A stretch of 64,000 nucleotides of DNA. It comes from Marsupella aquatica (taxonomy: Eukaryota; Plantae; Marchantiophyta). The position numbers and the translations under genes were made by a program. The number at the start of each line of letters is the position of its first letter. Within the stretch, counting starts at the first letter, position 1. The notes below the pieces were generated by a model. That model had not been told where the DNA came from. It made no database searches and saw only the letters and a program-made list of their open reading frames with translations. Positions 57,731 to 64,000 of the stretch are shown here, one piece after another. The DNA is taken from positions 1 through 64,000 of the forward strand of contig CCZZQB010000054.1 of the NCBI GenBank assembly GCA_973895155.1, read 5' to 3'.

Positions 57731-59206
57731 TGTGATGCCTAGACAGGAATCACTCGACCGGTTAAGTGGGTAAAGCAGGAAGGCACCCTAGGAACACCTT
57801 AGTACAGTGACAAAACAAGGAAAATATAAACAATTAGGGGCAACCATGGAACCCGGGCAGAGGCCGGAGGTAAGGCTGAGGGTGAAAACCCGATTAGGGT
57901 TAGGGCGCGTTAAGCGTCGGCGGCTAGGAAGGATCAACGGGAAGAAGGACCGGCAGAGGAGAGGGGTAAGGAGCGCTTGCAGGAGATGGTGGCTCATTTG
58001 CGAGCACGAACTAGGCAGACGACTACGGGAGGCCAACTACTGTCAGCTGCTTAAGCAAGCACTCGGGGAGAGAGTAGATACCGACGATCGACCTAAGGAG
58101 GGTATGAGCAACGTCAATCAAGCGGCACATTTTTGGGGATGCCTGTTCGAACGGGCAACTGAGTACATCAAGACTTACGAGGACGAGGAGTCAGAAAGGG
58201 CAGCTCGAGAACGGCAGGAGCTCGTTCGATTGTGGGAGCTGCACAAGACGGCTTTCTTAGGAGGCGAACTCATCAAGGACGAGTTCCTGTGGACGCCTAC
58301 TTCCAATCAACTCGACGATCTTCTGTTTTGCAAAGACAGCGTCGTCGGCATCCGAGAGGCCATCAAGAACTGCAACGACATACACTGGGAATTAAAGGGT
58401 AGCACGGAAAGGTGGACCCGGGCAACGGTGCTAGGAGAAACCTCCACGGCAGCAGAGATGAAGAGGAAGGGAGCCGTCAACGATGAAGCCACCCCGGCAA
58501 AAAGAACGAGGTCGGCGGCACCAAAGAAGCCAGCCGAGCAGCAGAGCAGGAGGCAGGGAGAAGCCGAAGAGGAGGAGGTCGATCCCATCAAGGCCATTCC
58601 AACCAGGGATGACACCTGGAAGGGCTGGGCGGCAACCCTACCGGTGGAGGTGCAACTACATTTTGCACGGGAGGAGGATGCATGCTTTACGGCCATGCAG
58701 ACCAAGAAGTACCAAGGCTTCATGGCCGGATCCGGCTTGGAGGCCTTTGTAAGATTACCATGGCTGAAGCCGGAGGTACCGGAGTCAGACCTATTAGAAT
58801 TCGTGGGGTCATGGGAACCCGAGACCAATTGCACGAGGATATATGGGAAGGATTTCTATCTTACTCCCAAGGTAATTGCCGAAGTGTTTGGCTTGCCGAT
58901 GGGCAATAAGACCAAAGTTGATACCAGGAAGACCTTGCCTGACAAGGAGTTCCGGTCGTTCCCCGGGCCATCAACGAAGAATGGCTTCTTCCGGAACACC
59001 TGCACCAACCCGCACATAGGAGAGATGATCGACTTCTTGCGGGTGACCATGCATTGTAACTTGCCGAGGGCAGAGATCGGCAAGGCATAGGTCTATCTGG
59101 CAGAAAGGCCAGACCCAAGCCGGGACTACAACGGGTACCTCCTCAACCAATTGAAGAAGATCTTAAAGGAGGAGCAGCAGGTAATCGGCATGGGGAGCGT
59201 GTCGCG
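57731..59206 (+). mobile_element. Family A LTR, 5' 1.5 kb, interrupted by element F
   Basis: Starts TGTGATGCC; homology stops at GTCGCG 59206. Confidence 0.9.
57807..59090 (+). pseudogene. A LTR ORF N-terminus (427 aa, continuous across the first A1 frameshift; premature TAG from CAG)
   Basis: ORF track; first ATG at 57846. Confidence 0.75.
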
Positions 59207-59567
59207 TGTGACGGGTACCCCGTCACGGGAAGTCACACATAACTGGTTGCAAAGGCCGATACCTTGTTAATAGTCAATGTAAATAAGCCATTTTTTAATT
59301 TTTAGTTAATTCCGTCATTATAGGTTGATGATGCCCCAGGTGACTTTATATTCTTTCTCTCATAATAGTTCTAAGATTTGCGGCGACCTAAGTGGGCAAA
59401 TATTTTGGGACCTTGAAACTAGCCAGGACCAGCCCCATAGGACTTACCGTTTTGCTTCAAGAGCTATTGTTGAGACCCCCATTGCAAAGTCAGGAGAGGG
59501 GGGGGTTTTTTTAAATAAATCCCTCCTCAGGAGGGCGAGTCCCATTAGTGGCCGTCCGAGAGAAAGA

Positions 59568-59940
59568 GGGGCTGCCTCGCGAGCCCATAGGGCTGCGTGC
59601 CCGGGCGATTAATGGGGCTCCGCGAGCTGAAGGGGCTGCCTCGCGAGCCCATAGGGCTGCGTGCCCGGGCAATTAATGAGGCTCCGCGAGCTGAAGGAGC
59701 GCAAGCGAGCGGGGGGGGGGAGTTAAAGGGCCTCCCGCGAGCTGGGAGGATCACGCGAGCGGGGGGGAGTTAAAGGGCCTCCCGCGAGCTGGGAGGATCA
59801 CGCGAGCGGGGGGGAGTTAAAGGGCCTCCCGCGAGCTGGGAGGATCACGCGAGCGGGGGGGAGTTAAAGGGCCTCCCGCGAGCTGGGAGGATCACGCGAG
59901 CGGGGGGGAGTTGAAGGGCCTCCCGCGAGCCGGGAGGAAT
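59568..59940 (+). repeat. GC-rich tandem arrays: 2 x 64 bp followed by 5 x 47 bp
   Basis: 47-bp unit GCGAGC-G7-AGTTAAAGGGCCTCCCGCGAGCTGGGAGGATCAC starting at 59705, 59755, 59802, 59849 and 59896. Confidence 0.9.
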
Positions 59941-60360
59941 GGCCGCGCGCCCTGCATAGGGCCGCGCGCAGGAGGACGCAAGGGTAAGGCCCGAGAAATG
60001 GGCCGGGGCGCATGGCGAAGGCGCCAGGAGTTTTTTCGGTTCTATTTTTTTTCCTTCCTTTTTCTTTCCCTCTTCCTTTTGCACGACCCTCTCATTGCCG
60101 AAAGCAAAAACGGGGTTCTTCTCTCTCTTGCCGGAAGCTCTCTCCAGATTCTAATTATTTTTGAAGCTCTCTCTTTCATGGTGGATTAGTGGGGCTTGCT
60201 GGCGTCATTCTTCCAGGCATTAGTGGCGGCCGCACGGAGTAGTGACGGGAAATTGAGAGAATTTAAGTGATCGGGCTACGGGGGCTGTTTCGGGCCAGGG
60301 AATTGACATTGCCACGGGTGACGGGATTGGTGATTGAGAAATTGATTTCGGGATGCATGG

Positions 60361-62217
60361 ATGCTAGATCAACCAGAGTTTAGTGCGTCACGCATTCGGA
60401 GATACAAGGCTGCTTACCGTGACTACGTGGAGACTCGGATTACACGGGAAAGGGAAGAGAGAGAAGTTATGATGAGCACGGGATTGGCAGCGGGTTCCTC
60501 ACCGGTGGGTAGGAAGATTTTTCGTCGAATTTATCCCAAGACCTCCACCAAGGTGATGGAGGATTGTCGGAACATTTTCCAAGCCACCGGGCTTACAGAA
60601 TTCATGAAGGTGGAGATTACCATCCCTTCAGGGAAGAGCTGGGACATTGAGGCCGGGATGGAGTTCCGAACGGAGGGAATCTACTTTGAATGTCTCAAAC
60701 GTGTAGTGCCCCATGTGGAGTTGGCTAAGCTATTGTTTCTTGAGAATCAGAAATTCTCATTCACACCTCGGAATATCAGGGGAGAACTCACGTTGAAAAT
60801 GGTGGCCACTTGGGTGACCAATCCTACCTCCACCACCGCCATCCCTCTTTCTGCTGTCAAGGATGTTGAGTATAAGGGCTTCCTGGCCAAGGTGCATCAA
60901 CGGGTTCTTGGCAACGTGCAATCCGGAGTGCTGAATGAGGAGCATTTCGTGGTAGCTATGGACATCAAGAACTACCCAGCCCATGTGTACGGATGGTGGT
61001 GCTACGGATTGAAGAAGCTATTGGCCGCTGAGCCCGGGAGTGTGAAACCAGGTGGGGCTGTACATTTGATGGGGTCATTTGTATTGGCCAGGGCAGAAGG
61101 GTTGATTGGTTCTCCGGGGCATGAAGACACGGGATCATCTCTCACCACGGAGATCCGGAGTATTGCCACTACCGTTTTAGGGAAGCTCACGGAGGAATCA
61201 TTGTTTGCTGGTGGGGAGGATAATAGAGAAGAAGAGAACCAGGAGGATGATTGCACATTGGAGTGGCTTGAATCACTCGTGGGAGATCCGAAACAGCCTC
61301 TGGAATACAACATTCCGGATGTTTACTTGGCAGAGCTACGGGATTTCAGAGAGGGAGTCCACGAGGGACTCAAGCTAGTCCACGCATTGAGGGAGTCTCT
61401 CAAGCACGCCACAGTCAAAGTAGAGACGTTAGAGCAGAGCATCCTGTCACTGAAGGAGGTGATCAAGACCAAGGAGCAGACCATTCATGAGAAGGTCAGG
61501 CACATCAATGCAGCTCACGTAGAGATCACCAACTTGAAGGGAGCTTTGTCCACCAAGGCCAAGGAAGCAGAAGAAGTAGGAGCGTTGAGGCAAGCATTGG
61601 CCAAAGAGAAGCAAAATTCTGGAGAAGTGATGGAGTGGAGGAACCAGGTGGGAGCACTACGGAGTCAGGTGGCAGCCTTTGAGACACGAGCGAAGAGAAG
61701 TGAGGCCCTGAGTCTAGGGAAACGGAAGAGTCCCGGCACACCTGGCTCCACACTTTCCCCGGATGTGATCTCCCAAGCTATCGAGATGGTGGTGAAGGAG
61801 GTTAGTGGGAAGTATGGACCCTTGTTGGATGGAGCCAAGAAGAGTCAGGAGAAGAGTAAGAGCTTGGAGAAGAAGCTCCGGGAGGTACGGAAATCGTTAC
61901 GGGAGGCTCAGGTCAGTACGGGGATGCCACCCAGGTCTGTCACCCCCGGGACTCCCATGGCCACGGGGCAAGTTCTACCGTTGGAGTTGCGGTCCGGAGA
62001 AGAGGCTACCCTCTGGAAGGACACAATTGGTGAGGGGTACATCAAGGCGTGGCAGGCCTTGGCTGCTTTGAGGAAGCGCGGGAGCAGCAGCACTAAGAGT
62101 ACTCCGTCGAAGAAGAAGAAAAGTACGGTGGCACTCACTCCCGTGAGTGATGAGGAGGAGGACCACTCACGGGGCACAAGTCCGGGCACCGAGAGCGAAG
62201 AAGAAGAGGAGGATTAG
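60361..62217 (+). CDS. 618-aa accessory ORF (globular N-terminus, coiled coil, basic/acidic tail), antisense to F integrase
   Basis: Intact ATG-to-stop ORF preceded by a CT-rich leader; architecture parallels the A LTR ORF. Confidence 0.7.
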   Translation: MLDQPEFSASRIRRYKAAYRDYVETRITREREEREVMMSTGLAAGSSPVGRKIFRRIYPKTSTKVMEDCRNIFQATGLTEFMKVEITIPSGKSWDIEAGMEFRTEGIYFECLKRVVPHVELAKLLFLENQKFSFTPRNIRGELTLKMVATWVTNPTSTTAIPLSAVKDVEYKGFLAKVHQRVLGNVQSGVLNEEHFVVAMDIKNYPAHVYGWWCYGLKKLLAAEPGSVKPGGAVHLMGSFVLARAEGLIGSPGHEDTGSSLTTEIRSIATTVLGKLTEESLFAGGEDNREEENQEDDCTLEWLESLVGDPKQPLEYNIPDVYLAELRDFREGVHEGLKLVHALRESLKHATVKVETLEQSILSLKEVIKTKEQTIHEKVRHINAAHVEITNLKGALSTKAKEAEEVGALRQALAKEKQNSGEVMEWRNQVGALRSQVAAFETRAKRSEALSLGKRKSPGTPGSTLSPDVISQAIEMVVKEVSGKYGPLLDGAKKSQEKSKSLEKKLREVRKSLREAQVSTGMPPRSVTPGTPMATGQVLPLELRSGEEATLWKDTIGEGYIKAWQALAALRKRGSSSTKSTPSKKKKSTVALTPVSDEEEDHSRGTSPGTESEEEEED

Positions 62218-63134
62218 ATAGGCGTACGGACGTGGGTGTACGGCCTCCAGATTTCCAACATTTTAGTGGGGGGTCACTCATGGGCTTGTTGGGATGAGCT
62301 CGCGGAGCTGATTCCAACAAGAGGCGGCGCTCCTCAAACGGAGCCAGGATGAGCAAGTTATGGCCTGGAGAACTTATGTTTTTGCGGTACGGAAACGGCC
62401 ATAACTCAGGCGTCTGAAGTCCGTTGAGGGAGCGACTTAGTGATTCGGAAGCAGGAAAAGAAGAGCTATCCAGGGGTGAGCTCAGGTGTGCACTTGGAAG
62501 GGCACCTAGTTTCGGCCATTTTGGGGTGCCTCTCACTTTCAGGGTTCACGTGTACTGTTGGGGCGCCGTCGAAGGCACCGTCGGCCCCCTTGTTTTGGGT
62601 TTAGGGTTTTAGCAGCATGTGTGTGCCGCATGCTCCTCTTCAGTTTAAGGATTTCTCTTAGTGCAAGGTTTTAGCGGCGCCGCTAGGGTAGCCGCCACCG
62701 TTGTGACCCTGTGAGGGGTGCTTTGGTGTGATTTTTCAGTATTTAGGGGGATAGCCCCGAAGTAGTTAGGGGGACTCAGTGTGAAGTTAGCAAGGAGGGA
62801 TAGAGTGGAGCCTGAGGAGTTTGAAAGCGTGTTCAGAGTAGTGAGGGGGAGCCATACTCATTGTCCGGAGAGGCAGGAGTTGAGTAGACGGCAGGAGGCC
62901 GGGTTACTCATGCAATGTGTATCGTTTTTCCCAAGAGATATGGATCTGTACATTTGACTTGATGGGCTTTTGTTGTGTGTTCCTTCTCCCTTTTTCGCTT
63001 TCCGAATTGTGTTCTCCCGTTCTATGATTTGAAGAAACTTGCTTGGTTTGAGTCGGCCTTGTGAGTAGGGGTGGTGACAGCACTCTTTGGGTGACTCCGA
63101 GTGAAGGTGTAGTGGGGTAGTCGGCAGGACTTGA

Positions 63135-64000
63135 TCAAAAGCTGTGGGGTGAGGGTAGTCGGTAGACTTGATCAAAACCTACATTTCCGGGAGCGGAAAC
63201 CAAAATACTCATCCTGGTGTGAAAAGAATCCAAATAGCGTCCCTCCACGACCCCGTAATACGATACCAACGGTTTAAGCGAAGAAAAGTGCGGTTTGCAC
63301 GTATTAACCGTTGGAGAGGCAAGTGACATAAGTGTGGTCTTTTGTTTTTGCCCCTCCGTGTAGTACTTCTTTAGGCGCTCTTGATTGATCCGTGTGTTGA
63401 GTAGTTGCCCCTCCAATGTCTTGAGTTGAACCGAGCCGTTGGAGTAGACGGCATCCACTACGTAGGGTCCCATCCACCGTGTATGCAACTTCCCGGGGAA
63501 ATGCATGAAGCGGCTATCGTAGAGGAGCACCAAATCTCCCTCCTCAATGGACACACGACGGAGACGGGAATCGTAATGTGACTTGCGTTTGCCTTGCTCC
63601 TGCTCCGTATGTGTCAAAGCCTCTTCTCGTGTCTCCGTGAGTTGCTCCAACTGTTGGATCCGTGAAGCGACACTTTCTTCTGCCCCTTCCCTTTCCCGTG
63701 TTAGGATTCGAATGGTTGGAACCTCAAATTCCACCGGCACAAGAGAGTGTTGTCCAAACACAAGGAAATAGGGGCTGTGGCCCGTGGTAGTCTTGTGAGC
63801 CAGGTTGTAAGCGTAAGTGGCAGCCAACAACTTCAAATCCCAATCGGTCTTGTGAGCGGATACCGTTTTGTTGAGGATCTTGCCCATGATCCCGTTGGCT
63901 CTCTCAGTGAGCCCGTTGGCTCGAGGGTGGTACGGAGTGGTCTTCCTATGTGAGATCAAGTAGTTCTCCGTCAAACGTTCAATCGTATGATTGAGGAAGT
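63135..64000 (-). CDS. pol: Gypsy integrase C-terminal part (element F)
   Basis: TTPYHPRANGLTERANGIMGKILNK, LVLLYDSR, WMGPYVV, RLKKYY. Confidence 0.92.
   Translation of the reverse strand, partial: FLNHTIERLTENYLISHRKTTPYHPRANGLTERANGIMGKILNKTVSAHKTDWDLKLLAATYAYNLAHKTTTGHSPYFLVFGQHSLVPVEFEVPTIRILTREREGAEESVASRIQQLEQLTETREEALTHTEQEQGKRKSHYDSRLRRVSIEEGDLVLLYDSRFMHFPGKLHTRWMGPYVVDAVYSNGSVQLKTLEGQLLNTRINQERLKKYYTEGQKQKTTLMSLASPTVNTCKPHFSSLKPLVSYYGVVEGRYLDSFHTRMSILVSAPGNVGFDQVYRLPSPHSF

Larger units (their letters stand above)
59207..64000 (-). mobile_element. Partial Ty3/gypsy element F (3' part); LTR/internal boundary unresolved
   Basis: New TG terminus TGTGACGGGTACCCC at 59207; integrase on the minus strand at the right edge. 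Candidate LTR starts (minus strand) near 63075 or 63327 lack a convincing PPT, so two separate elements cannot be excluded. Confidence 0.6.

Overview
Eukaryotic, repeat-saturated window with no host gene, rRNA, tRNA or CRISPR. It is inferred to be land-plant nuclear DNA, probably a non-seed plant (plant-type tRNA primer sites, GT-AG introns). It is a nest of transposable elements, resolved by eye from TG..CA termini and target-site duplications (TSDs); family letters are my own labels. (1) Ty3/gypsy family A: one full-length copy (24450-41391, TSD GTGAC) plus five LTR pieces. Its 4,661-bp LTRs each carry a ~1,200-codon PMD-like/coiled-coil ORF, and a candidate -1 frameshift signal separates gag-protease from RT. 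(2) A degenerate minus-strand gypsy B. (3) A young Bianca-like copia D inside B's RT, and a rearranged Tnt1-like copia E inside D. (4) Two solo LTRs (C, G), a probable non-LTR insertion, a MITE-like insertion and a partial gypsy F at the right end. The most striking region is 42.9-57.7 kb: two diverged, oppositely oriented copies of a Mutator-like (GCM-like/DDE/SWIM) transposon. In both copies the transposase sits head-to-head with an intron-containing gene encoding a ParB/Sulfiredoxin-like domain; in the longer copy that gene ends in a bacterial-type beta-class N6A/N4C DNA methyltransferase-like domain. The unit is studded with about 20 copies of the palindrome TAGCGCC(W)GGCGCTA. Both copies are pseudogenised. 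All domain calls are by motif recognition only; no HMM or BLAST search was run.
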